Shown: positions 27,721 to 42,109, numbered from the stretch's first letter. The stretch: 64,000 bases of DNA from Octopus sinensis (GCF_006345805.1 NC_043010.1:46624001-46688000); one strand, 5' to 3'. A program made the numbers and translations. Notes: generated by a model not told the origin, from the letters alone.

Positions 27721-28612
27721 TAATTCTTATTTATTCATACTGTTTTGAATTAATCATGCATTATCTTGTAGCTTCAAGATTTCAATGATGTGATTGTATA
27801 TTTTCAGAAGGACATTGTAGGGTAGGTATAACAGGCCAGATCTTCACATTTTGAACATTAAAACAGGTAGAATATTTGGGCCAGATATGGCCAGTTTAAA
27901 TATGTTTTTCACAAACTTAACTATTGTTTATCATGCACATGGCACTCTGAGAAGATGGTAAAAATAAAATTTTACTGAAACTGCAAAGAAACATAACAGA
28001 AAATCATGTAGATCAATGTTCCAAAGAGAAAAAGAAACTAAGACATAGGTAATTTCTTGTTTAATCCTTTAGTATTCTGATTAATGTAAAATGTAATACT
28101 TATTTATAAACATTGTTTTGAATAAATCATGCAAAATTTCGTAACAACAAGATTTCAATGATGTGACTTTCTATTTTTTAATGACATTGTAGGAAAGGTG
28201 TGAGAGGCCAGATCTGATTGGTTTGAACACGAAGTAGATAGAATATTTGGGCTGGATATGGCAGGTGTAAATACTTAAGGGTTAATACCATTGTTTTGTT
28301 GTAAGCATACCTCTTACTCTGTGGTGCTTATTACAAGCTATTAAAAGATGTTACAGTGAGAAAATGTTGAACTTCAAATGAAGCAAAAATTCATGGTAAA
28401 TAAAGTTATTGGTTGCAAATAGAAAGTCAGCAATTAAACCTAAACTAAGCAAAATTGTTTACTATAGTAAATATATAAAGTTTCGGAAATATTACCCGCT
28501 CCAAAGATCAGCTCAGCTTTACAGAAAACAATCAAAGAATACAATGCAAAAATCAAACATTTTCCATAATGGAAAGATATTAGAATTATTTTTTTTAATC
28601 TAAAGAGATGTT

Positions 28613-28618
28613 TTTATT
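28613..28618 (-). promoter_or_regulatory. Candidate polyadenylation signal AATAAA for ENO4
   Basis: AATAAA on the minus strand about 80 nt after the stop. It lies in an AT-rich tract, so a chance match is plausible. Confidence 0.3.
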
Positions 28619-28695
28619 TATTTATTTATATAATTTTGCTTTTTGTTTTTTAGTTGAAACACAAAATGAATAATTTCTTTTGCTTCATATAAATT

Positions 28696-28875
28696 TCATT
28701 CAGTAGTGACTGAATCTGGAAATAGTTTGGGATATTTCCATGTGTTGGGCAGTGTTGCCAGTCTGTCTTCTTGCATTAGTTTCTGCTCAATAATAAATAA
28801 CCGATTCAGTATATCAGTTCTCTCCTTCCGGAATAGACCACCAGTCTTCAGAAATGTCGCCTGTAAACCGACAGC
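28696..28875 (-). CDS. ENO4: ENO4-like terminal coding exon: [59 protein letters not shown]
   Basis: Acceptor ttctgttccttgcag|GCT; enolase C-terminal motif KTGG..R.ER...NRL..IE; TGA at 28698-28696. Confidence 0.92.
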   Translation of the reverse strand, partial: AVGLQATFLKTGGLFRKERTDILNRLFIIEQKLMQEDRLATLPNTWKYPKLFPDSVTTE

Positions 28876-30966
28876 CTGCAAGGAACAGAAATAATTTATA
28901 ATGTGATGTTAAAAGGATAGGAAATTCACAAAACTAGATTTATTTCATTTATATTTTAGTACATGTTTATTATAATTATTACATTTTATTACATGTTAAA
29001 GAAAATAAATTGAGAGAGTCAGACAAAATGCTGGATAGAATGGTCTTTTGCTTTGAGTTGAAATCCTACCAAAATCAACTTTGTATTTCATCTTTCCAGA
29101 ATTGATAAAATATCAATTAAGTACTGGGGGTGATTATTTTCTGCCATCAGCCTATCTGTCTCTCTCTCTCTCTCTTTCTCTCTCACTCAAAATCAGCTAC
29201 ATTGCACTGATTGCATTGTAAGAAGGATTATGGGAGCTGCACACAGCATTCCTTTGTCTAGAAATGGAGAAGAGTTAAATGAGAGCCAAACAGCTTTTCT
29301 TCTTACAGAAAACCTAGAACTATTCAAAGACAGACTGGTGTGTAACACAGCATGAAACAGAATTAACCCTTTTGCAATCAGATTATTTCATCAAATGTAA
29401 TACTTGTTAATTCACATTCTTTTTGAATTAATCATAAATTATCTCATAGTTTTGAAATTTCAATGATGTCATTGTTTATATTTAGAATGATATTTTGGGG
29501 TAGGTTTGAGAGGCCAGATTTGACCAGTTTGAACATAAAACTGGAAGAATATTTAGGCTGGTTATGGCTAGTTTAAATGCTAAAGGGTTAAAGAAAAATA
29601 GCACTGACCAACAGCAAAATATTTTTGAGATTGTAATATGTCTTCCTAAATAATTAATTGTAATTTATAATTTGGAAATATGGAGTATGAACTTCATTTG
29701 TGGCTATCCATTTGTAATAAAATATATATTTCCCTGAATCTATTTCCCTTCAGTGGTTTAGGCATCGCTTAACTACCAACTAAAATGATCTGCTGCTGCT
29801 GCTGCTGTCATTTCGAAGTCAATGGAAAAATTTCATTTGAAATTCCAACAAGAACATCCAACAAGACTGCATCATTTGGAATATACTTATTTAAATGATT
29901 CTGTAGCACAAGGAGGTGGAGGAGGAGGAGGAGGAGGAGGATAATGACAACAACCAAGCTCATGATCCTGACAATCAAAGATTATAATGATGATGGTAAC
30001 AAGCCTCACAACCATTATCATAATTATCATCATTACATCCCCTAATGGTAACCCCCCCCCAAAAAAAATCACTTCCATTTTTCAAGCAAGAGTTATTGCC
30101 TGGAAGCACAATTAATTTCTCATCACAAGCGGTATACAAACTAAGAAAAAGGACTATAATATATATATAAACAACGACATCATTGAAATTTCAAAGCTAT
30201 GAGATAATTTATGATTAATTCAAAAACAATGTGAATTAACAATATTACATTTGATGAAATAATCTGATTGCAAAAGGGTTAATTCAGTTTCATGCTGTGT
30301 TACACACCAGTCTGTCTTTGAATAGTTCTAGGTCTTCTGTAAGAAGAAAAGCTGTTTGGCTCTCATTTAACTCTTCTCCATTTCTAGAAGTATATTGAGT
30401 TCTTCATAACCAGCTGATCTAGCAAGCGGAGCCTCATATCAGTGAGGGGGGCCGGTGTGCATAGATGCCGTCGAGAGGTAGGCCCCGAAATGGCACACAT
30501 TCACTCCTGATGACCCCATACACTTGCTAGCTTCCGGTATACGGAGCTTTTAACTGGTAGCACTTGCATGTGCAAGTTGTTTGCAAGACATATAGCTACA
30601 CAATAAATATGGACATCAATCAGTAATATCAGACACTGCTAAAGTACCATTAAATGACAGCAGTTTCAAAGTAAAACTATAATCTTTTGACGGTTATGAA
30701 ATGGATGATGTCTTCATTAGTGTTTTGTAAATATCTGTTCATGTGTGGTTGAGAGAAGCCTTTTATGTTATAGAAGCTTTTACTTGTTTTTCTAACAGTT
30801 AGTTATCACAGCTGGTATAGTTTTCTTGACACAGCAACCCATGAGGAACACAACATGTATAAGAGGTAATAAAGGAGCACAAATGTTAAAAACATAACTT
30901 CTTATAGGCTGTAGGTCTTGTGCACGCTTAAATGTACAAAACTTTCTCTTTCAAGTGAGATTGTTG

Positions 30967-31005
<39 letters not shown>

Positions 31006-34000
31006 ATTTCTCCCCCATTCTATTAATCTTACTCTCTATCTCTCTCTAAATACACAAATTTATTCATGTGTTTCTGGCAATTCAATCAACTTATAGTCTT
31101 TTATTCTTATATTCTTTTACTGGTTTCACTCATTGGACTGTGGCCAAGCTGAGGCAGCATCTTCAAGGGTGTAGTCAATCATATCAATTCCAGTACTTAT
31201 TTCATTTCAGTCTGGTACACATCTTATCAATGTCTATTTGGCAAAGCTTTGTTGTGGGACATGAAGTGGCACAAACACAAACAATAACAATTTTTACACA
31301 CCTAAACATAAATATAAATGCAGGCACGGTTTCCAAATTCCACTCACAATGTATTGACAAACCTGAGGCTATTGGTCAAGTTGAGGCCTTTTTGCCAGGT
31401 TAATCAGGACATGGTCAACATGGCAACAAAACACTTGCCCAAGAGGGATCAAACCCAGAACCACACAGTTACAAAATATATGTCTTTATCACACAGCCAT
31501 AATAGAGCTTATATAGTGAGTTGATGCTGGAACATCAAAAAGGTAGAAATAGATTATTATCATTGTTGGTTTTAGTGGAAATAAATCTGAGGCATTAGTG
31601 AGGGTGGAGGAGTACTGCTGTAAGGAATACAGTAGAATCATTGAGTTTTTTTCTCTCTTTGTGATCAACCACTTTAAATCAATGTGCCTAGTGGTTAGAG
31701 TGTTACACCCATGATGGCAAGATCATGGTTTCAATTTTAGGGTCTGGCAGTGTGTTGTATTTTTGAGTAAAATACTTCATTGCACTTTGCTCTGCAATCA
31801 CTTCAGCATCTTATAGGTGGCACACTGCGCACCTGTACAGGTTTGCTCCATACATTAATTGTTAACAATAACTTAGATATTGTTTTTCCTGCAGATAACA
31901 TCCTTGAATTACATAAATAATTTCATTCATATCTAGAAGCTATTTCAGGAATATAAATCAACCCAGAAGTATGAAAGGCAAAATTGACATCGATGGAATT
32001 TTCAGTTCAGAAAATAAAGGGCCATCACTAAATACCACAAGGATTGTTTTCCTTCTCTTGGTTTGATATTCTAACAATTATGCAAATCCATTAAATGTTT
32101 ACATAATGTTAAATTCAACCATTTAGACCCTACCCAGTATGACAGCACTGCCTGGTATCTTAGGTCCACTATGTTGCAAGCATTCAAGACAGGTCTTCAG
32201 TTCAAGGATGCCTTCCTCCTTCCTCCCTTCCCATTAGTCTTGGAGGCCCTGTAAAGGGTCATGAGTAGTCCCTTAAGTTCAAACCACATGAATTTTTCAG
32301 GTGCAAGAGATTACAATGAAAATCAAATACAAGATTAACTTACCAAATCTGCTTTAATCCAGCTGTCTACTTCTTTCTGGCATCCAGAAATAATCAAATG
32401 ATATCCATTTGCTGCAGAATAACAATGATAAGGAATCTTTGGTTAATCATAATGATCATGGTGAGAGGAGGTAAGTGCATTCCTTCCAAAGAAAGTGAGA
32501 CACAAAAATTACAAACCGTTAGTTATTAATCTATTCATTTACTCAGAAGCCCGGTCCATGCTTACATGAGAAAACAAATATTCAAAACACTGTTGTACAT
32601 AAAATTTCTTTCAGTACCTTGTTTAATATTCATAAGCAGGCTCAACAACAAATTGGATGTAAGATACTCTTATAATAGAGTATAGTGTATGGCCAAAAGT
32701 CAGGCCAAAGCAGGAAAAAATCTTTATTTCTGTGTCTTTGATCAATTACTTCCTTGTATAACAAAAGAAGAGATATAAGGACAAATTCAACTATAATAAT
32801 AACAAGGACAAACTCAGTAAGATTTCTATATCATACTATTACTTTTGACCTTCACCTTAAAATCTTCTGACATTATATGAAACACAATGCTTGAACTGGA
32901 TTATTGGGGCCATATTGGTCATGAGTTTAAACTTTATGAATTACAGTTTATTATGTAATTTCTGGTTAAGTACTATAACTATACTTGCTTCATTTTGTCT
33001 CGCTCTATAGGTAGTATAAGTTGTATCACAGGTGAGTTAAGAATCCAGCTGTGAAAGCAATTTCACCAACAGAAACAATCATCTAAGCAGACATACAAAA
33101 AAAAAAACAATATAAAACAAAATAATAATTTCTTACATAATTTCTTACAAAATTTGGTGGGGTGAGGTTAGTTTATTACAGTGAGCCCTATACAGGACTA
33201 GTACTTTATTCACCCTGGAAGGATGAAAGCAAAATTGATCTTGGGAATTTATCTCAGAATGTAGAGATGCAAAACAAATACAAGAAATTTTTTCAGATGT
33301 TCTAACAATTCTGCCAACAATAATAATTCTTTCTAATACTAGCACAAAGCCAGCAAAAGCTTTTGAAGCGGGAGGGAAATCAATGTCATCCACCCCAATG
33401 CTCAACTGGTACTTACTTTAGTGATTCCCCAAAAGGAAGAAACGCAAAGTTGACCATGCTAGCAATTGAATTCAGACCATAAAGAATTGGAGGTAATGTC
33501 ACTAAGCATTTCGTCTGATACTTAATGATTCTGCCAGCTCACTACCTCAACAATAGTAACATCAAAAACAAATACATAAATAAAATAAAATGGTTTCCAT
33601 CAAAACATTAAAATCTTTGAAGTGTTATTCAAATACTTCAAATGACCTGATATATATTGGAGTCGCAATAATATGCATCAAGAAATAGATTTCTTGTAGA
33701 AGAGAATAATATTAAACATTTGAACAGTTTGTCCACTAACAGAGATTTAAGACATGAAAACTGATTGGAAAATAAAACAATGTTTCCATCATAAGGTTCT
33801 GTTAGCAGAGATCTATGATGAAACATTGAAATGGAAATAATTTACCAATTATATTTGGTGTTGATTGACCTACGTTTATATAATTTTACCCATTTTTCAG
33901 CATACCCTGAGTAATTTCCATGCTGAGTTGCTTCTGCTGCTCTGCCAGCCCCTTGGAGATAAATTTCACTGATACTTTCCACATGCACAAATCCTCTGTT

Positions 34001-35760
34001 GAAACAAAATACACTGATCTTGTGCTCATTCCCATTTTGTAGAATTGTTACACAAAGGTCTTCCATGACTATTTGTCAAATCTTCTCCATCAGCTCCTTG
34101 TTTCAGCTTGTGGATGGACAGCCTGAGCATGCCTTGCTCTCCACTGAAACGCACAGCTATGTCTGCAACAGTTGTACCACTTCTTGATTTGGGTTTTTCC
34201 CATGGCATCATTGCAAAAGGCCTCCTGAATCTTCTGGATGGGTTGAGCTTGACTATCACCGAGCTTTTAGTAAAACTTAATGCAACATCTCTGCTCGATG
34301 CATTTGGTCATCATGCATGAGAACGAAAATCTGACAAGCATAAACTATACGCCTGCACTCTAGGCATAACAGCTAGAAACTGACAGTGCCTTCTGGTGCA
34401 AAAATTTTCACACAGGCACAGGAAGGGTGGTGTCACCTCCCACCCAAAGGATTTTTCCCATGTAGCACTAGTTTTCACAGGGAAAAATAAAATTGTATGC
34501 TTTTTGAATGCACCTCATTCAAAAGGTATACACTTCCTTTGTTTTAATAAATTTTGAAAATAATGAAGAATTTAGTAAAATAACTTTGTTATAATAAAGC
34601 TTATTTATGTTTAATCTTGGTGTACCTGTTGATGTTCGCCTAGCAAATTATTTTATTTTATTAGTTAAAATAAATCAGAAACCATGGTCCAGGAAATAGA
34701 TGGCAAATGTTTTTATTTTTCATTCCCTTATTCCCTTCAAGAATTTATCCCTAATTAGTGGTTTGGACTTTAGCTGTTCTTTCTATCATAAGGGATTCCT
34801 ATGCTGGAAACCTCTTAATATGTTTAAATGTACACTGAATTTTATATGAGTAATGTATAGTCTATTGGCTAATTTTTCTATATGCTAGGCCACTGGTAGT
34901 AAAACTTTCTCAAATTTATATTACCCTGATATCATTAATTATGTATAATGATTTTTGGAAGATTCATTTGAAGAAATTGCCGGCATCTTTTTGCTGCCAA
35001 CAAATAACTGCACTTGCGCGGTGGATTTGAAAAAATTAAAAAGTATAAGCAAGAGGCACATGCTGGATTGGCCTCGTGTTTATATGTTTAATCCTGGCGT
35101 ACCTGCTGCCAAAGACTTTGCCGAGCAAATTATTTTATTTTATTTGTTAAAATAAGTCAGAAACCATAGTCCAGGAAATAGATGGTAAATGTTTTTATTT
35201 TTCATTCCCTTCAAGAATTTATCCCTAATTAATGGTTTGGACTTTAGCTGTTCCTTCTACCATAAGGGATTCCTATGATGGAAACCTCTCAATGTGATTA
35301 AATGTACACTGTATTTTTTATGAATCTATGAATCTATTGACTAATTTTTCTATATGCTAGGCCACTGGTGGTAAAAATTTCTAAAATTTATCACCCTGAT
35401 ATTATTAAATATATATATATATAGGGAGAATTCACAAAAAAAAAAACAAAAGACAAACACATGTGGTGTAGACAACAAACAGATAAATTAGTTTAATGCT
35501 TTGAAAGTGAAAAAGTCTTTAACATTTCGAGTCTATGCTCTTCCACAGAAAGAAACAAGGAGAGAAAATAAAGAATGTGTAGTGGCTAGCGATCTATCAA
35601 GGCAAAATATATATATATAAGCAGTTTGATTTAAATTCGTTAGAGAGACAAACAGTACCATACTAGCTGAGGAGTACCAACAAATTTGAATCAAACTGTT
35701 TTGATCCATACATTCCCAATAAATGTGTCGAGTGCCCTTGTTTTGTTTGTCCTCTCACTC

Positions 35761-35797
<37 letters not shown>

Positions 35798-38700
35798 GGT
35801 ACAGGACATCACCAACTGTGTAAACAACATGAAGTACAAAAACAAACGAGTTAACTATACAAACCACGAGAGAGAAAAAATGGAAGACAGGACAAGTAAA
35901 CACAGATAACAACCCTTCATCAGTTGTTGGCTGTCTATCTACTCCTCATTTCAAGCATTCAATGACTATATGAGTCTTCAAAGACAGTTGCTCCCATAAA
36001 TTCTAAAATAAAATTTAGGATTTATGGAGGGTCAAAGTTGGGAACAAAAACAGAACAGTGGAGACATACATGGAAATCGAACACAAACAAACATGAAAGG
36101 TCATTAGACCAGAACGAGAGGAAAATAGTGAATGCCGGGAGAAATATTTTCTTTGAAAAGAGAAAAGATAGAAGAGAAAGAAAGAAAACGTCCAGTCCTT
36201 AGAATGCAAGAAAAAAAAAAGTGGACAATGATCACTTGTGAGCAAAGAGAAAGAGAAAAAGAGAAACAGGAATGAGAGAAAGAGAGAGAGAGAGCAAGAG
36301 AGATAGAAAATGGTGAAGGGGGAGAAAAAGGGAATTAGAGAAGGATGGAGGAAGAAAACAGTATAGAGTAGAGTCACATCAAAAAGGTTAAGATAAACTT
36401 ACTTGGAAATGGATTATATACATACACACACATTCACACACACACACTCACTCACACACATACACTCACTCTCTCTCTCTCACACACACACACGAGAAAT
36501 TATAGTAAACACAAGTTTATATCAATTTGCACTTGGAACATACAATGCAGGGGTTTCAAATAACCACAATGCTGAAATGTAAATAGAGTGAAAATGATAT
36601 AAAATTATATGAACCTGTGTTTACCGCAATTTCTCCTACATTTGCTCTGTTTATCATAACCACTAATAACTAATGAGTATAGTAATAACCAAACAACTCT
36701 AATAGAAGCAGGCTGGATGATGATAATCTAGAAGGAGATCTAAGCTCAACAGTAGCAGTTGTACATCTAACTGTACACAAAAAATATACTATGTATATGT
36801 TCATATATATATATATATTGGAGAGAAGCAGGGAGAGAGAGAGAGAAGGTTACAGATGTTTCCTTTGACTGAAGTAGGAGTAACATCAGAGGTCATCTGA
36901 CAACAGTCTGCTTCAGTTGCAGAGCTGATTGCGATTGTTATAACAAGAAGAAAACATGTTTTTCAGTTTATTTACCCACTTACTTACTTTACTCTGACAT
37001 GTTTATTGAGAATGTTTCCCCACTGGCCTGGAAGTACAAAAAAAACAGTCTTTCTGGGAGGGAGGAGATAAATGCCACAATAGAAGAGAAACTTAACTTT
37101 ATTGCTGGCTGGCTACACCACAATGAAACAGTTGCATAGATAAGGAGAAGATAGAAGAGATATGTTGATAAACAATGAAGAGAGAGAGTGAGAGAGAGAA
37201 GAGGATGTAATGAGAAGCAGCAGGAGTTGGGGTTGGAGAGTAAAGACAGCAGCTAGGAGAAAGGTGAGAAGATAGCAGAAGGGTGGGGAGGGAGAGGGAA
37301 GTTGTCTTTGAAAAAATCAGGTAAGGGTGGCGGGAACCACAAAAATACATTAGTTTTCTAAGTGATGAAGGAAAACAGGAAATGGACAATACAAGAATAA
37401 CTTGCTGCTGTTATTGTTTTTGCTGCTGCTGTGAAGGAAGAGGAGAAGAAGAAGAAGGTAAAATTTTGAATAGAGGTAGCAGTTTATTTTTGTCAGTTTT
37501 CATTTTTCCTTCAATAAGTTTCAGCAAAATGTAGAAGTCTGAGGAATTAGAACCATGTTTCGTAGTCTGCTACCACAACAGCTCCTTTATAAGATCCAGT
37601 TAGCTCAAGACATCATCAGGAGGAACCACGTCCAATTTTGGCCCCTACTCCTCTACCGTTTTGACATGGTGGGGCCCCCACCTTTCGGAGGTGCCTTCAG
37701 CTCTGGTGTTGGGTGCATGTCTTCTTTCTTCTGGTCTCTGGCCTCTTCAGTGTAGTGTCAACTAGTGTCAGCCGGTGACTGACTGACTTGTCAAATTTTT
37801 CCCTTAAAATGATTTAAATGTCCTAAAGATTAGTTCAGGCAATTTAGGGTACAGGCACATAACAGAATGATTAACTTCCCTGGCTTAATGAGCAGAAAAT
37901 AGGTCTCATGAGGAAGCTCATCTAACTCACTACCACAAAGAAAAAGGTAGATTTACCAAACACTGTAGAACTAACTTCAAAAGTGTCTTATAAGGTTACA
38001 GGGCCAGTTTCAAATTTCCTCAACAGCCTGGAGAAAACAGCAAGGAATCATTTCAATCTATCTTTTCTCAAGAATATTCTGTCATGTACAAGATTGCCAA
38101 ATAATGGCATCACTTTACTAGTATATGCTGTTTTAGTTGTAGGAACTAAGCAAGACACCTAAAACATTATGAGCTTTCAGTTCTTTTAAGTTTTGTTGAA
38201 TCATGGGAGAGTCATTACAGCAAATTAAACACATACACTAGTTCAATTTCACTTCATTATTATTCATTAATTGATTAACTATTTAACCAACTAATTAAAT
38301 GTTTTGATTAATCATTTGGTTAATCAATCAATCAAGAAGTTGTGCTTGTCAAAGTACTTTCACTGTCTTTTCAATGACATTCCCTCTTTACTCTAGATCA
38401 GCTTCAGGTCTGTCTGTTGGCAAACATAACTGATTGATTGATTAACTGAATGTGCTAACAAATAGGTGAATAATCATAAAGAAGTGAAATAGAACCAATG
38501 TGTGTGTGTTATTATTGGTGTAATGACTGTCCCAAAATACAACAAAATCTGTTTAAACTCTTAGTACTATCATCATCTACGAGCAGGACCAGTGGAAATT
38601 CTATGTAAGGAAAAAAATTAAGAAAGAAAGGGTGATTTGCATTTTTATTGCATATAAATCTTACTGTTCCTGTGCAATAAACAACAGAAAAATATACAAT

Positions 38701-39418
38701 ACATAATAGGAGAAACAGAAAAGGTTATCTTCAACCTGGAGGCCTGAGCTGAATGCTTGCAACAAAGAGAACTCTGGTAAAAGTACCCAAAAACCTGATG
38801 ATGATATTAAACCAGTGATGGATTAAGTCTACCACCCCAAGAATTCAGAAAGTAAAAGCCAGAACATATACCACAAGGCAGCTTATCTGATGTTTTAACA
38901 ATTCTGCCAATCCACCACCCTAATATTTTAAGAAGTAGATGAAAGGCTAAGTTGACCTTGGCAGTATTAGAACTCAGAGCACAGAGAGCCAGAACAAATA
39001 CAATAAGACATTTTGTCCTACACTCAAATGATTTTGTCATTTCACTGCCTTTGAATCAAGAGGGTTGACATTCAAGAGATGAAGGGAAGAGAATGATTTA
39101 GTGAGAAAAAACATGGTATGTTAACTTGACCAAATCTTTAAGAATGTTGGACAAAATGCAGGGCATTCTGAGATCAAATCAAGATGGTGCATCATCCTCA
39201 AGGTTTTGTTTCCTTTTGATCTTATAGGTGCAGGCAGGGCTGTGGAGCAAGAAGTTTGCTTACCAACCAAATGGTTTTGGGTTCAGTCCCACTGCATGAT
39301 ACCTTTGGCAAGTGTCTTCTACTACAACTTCAGACGAACCAACCAAAGCTTTGTGAGTGGATTTGAAAGATGGAAACTGAAATAAGCCAGTTGTAACTGT
39401 ACATGTGTGTGTGTGTGT

Positions 39419-39468
<50 letters not shown>

Positions 39469-41705
39469 TGTGTGTGTCTGTGTGTCTGTGTCTGTGTGTC
39501 TTTGTGTGTCTGTCTGCCTGCCTGTCTGTACCCCCACCACTTGACAACTAGTGCTGGTTTATTTACGTCCATGTAACTTAGTGGTTCAGCAAAATATTTC
39601 AACAGAATGAATGTCACACTTTTAGACAATAAGTACTGAGGTTTATTTGTTCAGCTAAAACCCTTCAAGTCAGTGCCTCAGCATGGCTGCAGTTCAATGA
39701 TTGAAACAAGTAACAGATAAAAGAGAAAAGCTATGACATGAGTTTGAAATGTATTCTCTGCTTGCCTCAACTTGCTTAGTTAAAAATAGGTACTGCTCTG
39801 TCTTCTTATGAGAACTATGAGTAGGTATACTTTCCAAATGTAAATACTCTAATAATTCATATGCTAATACACCAGTTTATAGAACCAGCCAAGGCTTACT
39901 CATATGATAAAAAAAAAAAACATAGAACATTTAAAACAGTAAAGTAAATGTCAGATTAAGTTCAGGTAATTTTAGAAGATAATTGTATGAGATTAAAGTC
40001 ACCAAAGGGTTAAAGCTATCTGAAAAACTAGAAGAGATAGATAAGTGGAAAGAAAAAATTATATGATTTATGTATATTAAACATACATTATGGTTATCAG
40101 GTTTCAAATAGATGAAAGTCTTATATAATTGAAAGATATAAAATAGATATTCAGTGAAGTCCAAAAGATATATATAACTTGTAGTTGAACATGTAGTGAG
40201 CTCTGGTAATGTAAGGTAAACATTAAAAAAAATGGAACTAGAAAAAAGTGCATGCATTATGTTTGTATGAGGAGGGTGGGGAAAGGAAGCCTGTATTTGA
40301 ATTCATAGCAAGGTTTCATGCAGGTATATGAGTGGATAGAAATAATCTTCTGCGGATTATATATTTATATAAACACACACAAATATATATGATTTCACAA
40401 CTGTATCAAATTGAATATTACTAATCCTAACAAACACTAAACTAATGACGGAGTTTCTAAATGCTTGTTTGGCATGCTAGACAGAGAAGTCAAATATCCC
40501 TCGAATTACACCTTATCATTTTAAAGAAATGATACATTATGTGTTATATCCTAAAAAGACAGGGTTATCAGGGGTTAGAATTCCTTTGATCAGGGACCTG
40601 TTTATCTTAGTTGACCTAGATTCAATTAACAACAACAATGAACCAACAAAGGAGCTTGTAAGGGTATTAACTTGACTTAGAAGGTTTTGTAGCAAAATCT
40701 CATTCAAAACACCCTACTGTAGGCACAGGAATGACTCTGTGGTTAAGAAGCTTGCTTCATAACTAGGAACTTTCCTGTTTGGTTCCACTGCATGGCACTT
40801 TGGGCAAGTATCTTCAACTATAACCCTAGGTCACTCAAAGCCTTGAGTGGGTTTGGTGGACAGAAACTGAAAATAATTTCAAATCTTGTTGCATATATAT
40901 ATATATATATATATAAAGTTAATCCAAACATGAAAGCACAAAAAAAAAAACACAACAACGCGAGGACGTGGAACAAATATAGTATTATTGGACACTCAGG
41001 AACGTTTTGAGTGGAGCTCTTCATCGGAAACATAGGAGAAGGGAAGACAGAGGAAAAAAAAATCACCAACGGTATACACACGGTCACGCAAAGACTATAC
41101 TATCGATTGGGAATTAATCAGTACTGCAAAACCATACAGACCTAGAACTAATAAATGTGACTTGTGTTTAGAAGAATTTTACCAAATTTTTACACCTAAG
41201 GGTAACATAATCAGTTCTAGATAGGAACAAGCTTTAAGATGCCTGCACATGAGAAAATACACCTTTGCTCAGTGTAAACGAGGAATAAACATTTAAACTA
41301 GAGAATGTTTTGAAATAACGGGCTATAAGTGATTATCCACTCAAAACTTGAATTGAAAATAGTTTGCGTCTAAAATAACAAACAACTCTACATCATACAA
41401 CCTAGAGTTGATAAATGGAAAACTTTAAATAGTTAAATCAAAGGATATTAAAGTGAAGAGTGAAGAAACTGCACCAGTATTTTAGTAGGGTTGCAATTGC
41501 AATGGTTACTAATTGATGCAGTTGAAACATATAGGTCTGTGTAAAGCTGTATATATAAAAAGGAATTAAAGGTAATACTATGCCACTTTGTAATAATAAT
41601 ACATATATACATACATATATATATATGTATGTATACATGTATTATTATTACAAAGTGGCATAGCATTACTTTAATTCCTTTTATATATACAGCTTTACAC
41701 AGACC

Positions 41706-41747
<42 letters not shown>

Positions 41748-41757
41748 ATAATATATA

Positions 41758-41801
<44 letters not shown>

Positions 41802-42070
41802 GGGTTTGTATGATTGTGTATAGAGGGATATATATTATTCAAAGAAATTCCAACTCTGTCTGTTTTCTATGTTTTATTTATATTCTTTATAATATTAATG
41901 TAGAATATAGAATATATAGTATAAATAGTATATATAGTAAAATGAAATGAAGTATTGATTGTCTTATTGAATAGATGAAATATTGAATATCAAATATTAA
42001 GGGACTAGTATACTTTCTTGCATTAAAGCTGTCTTCAAGGTCCCAGGTTGCGACAGGAGTGTTTCAACTG

Positions 42071-42109
<39 letters not shown>

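Noticed and set aside
30420-30560. GC-richer segment with GAAA and CTGATGA, considered as a hammerhead
   Set aside because: Stems I and II cannot be formed around the two motifs; probably a TE fragment.
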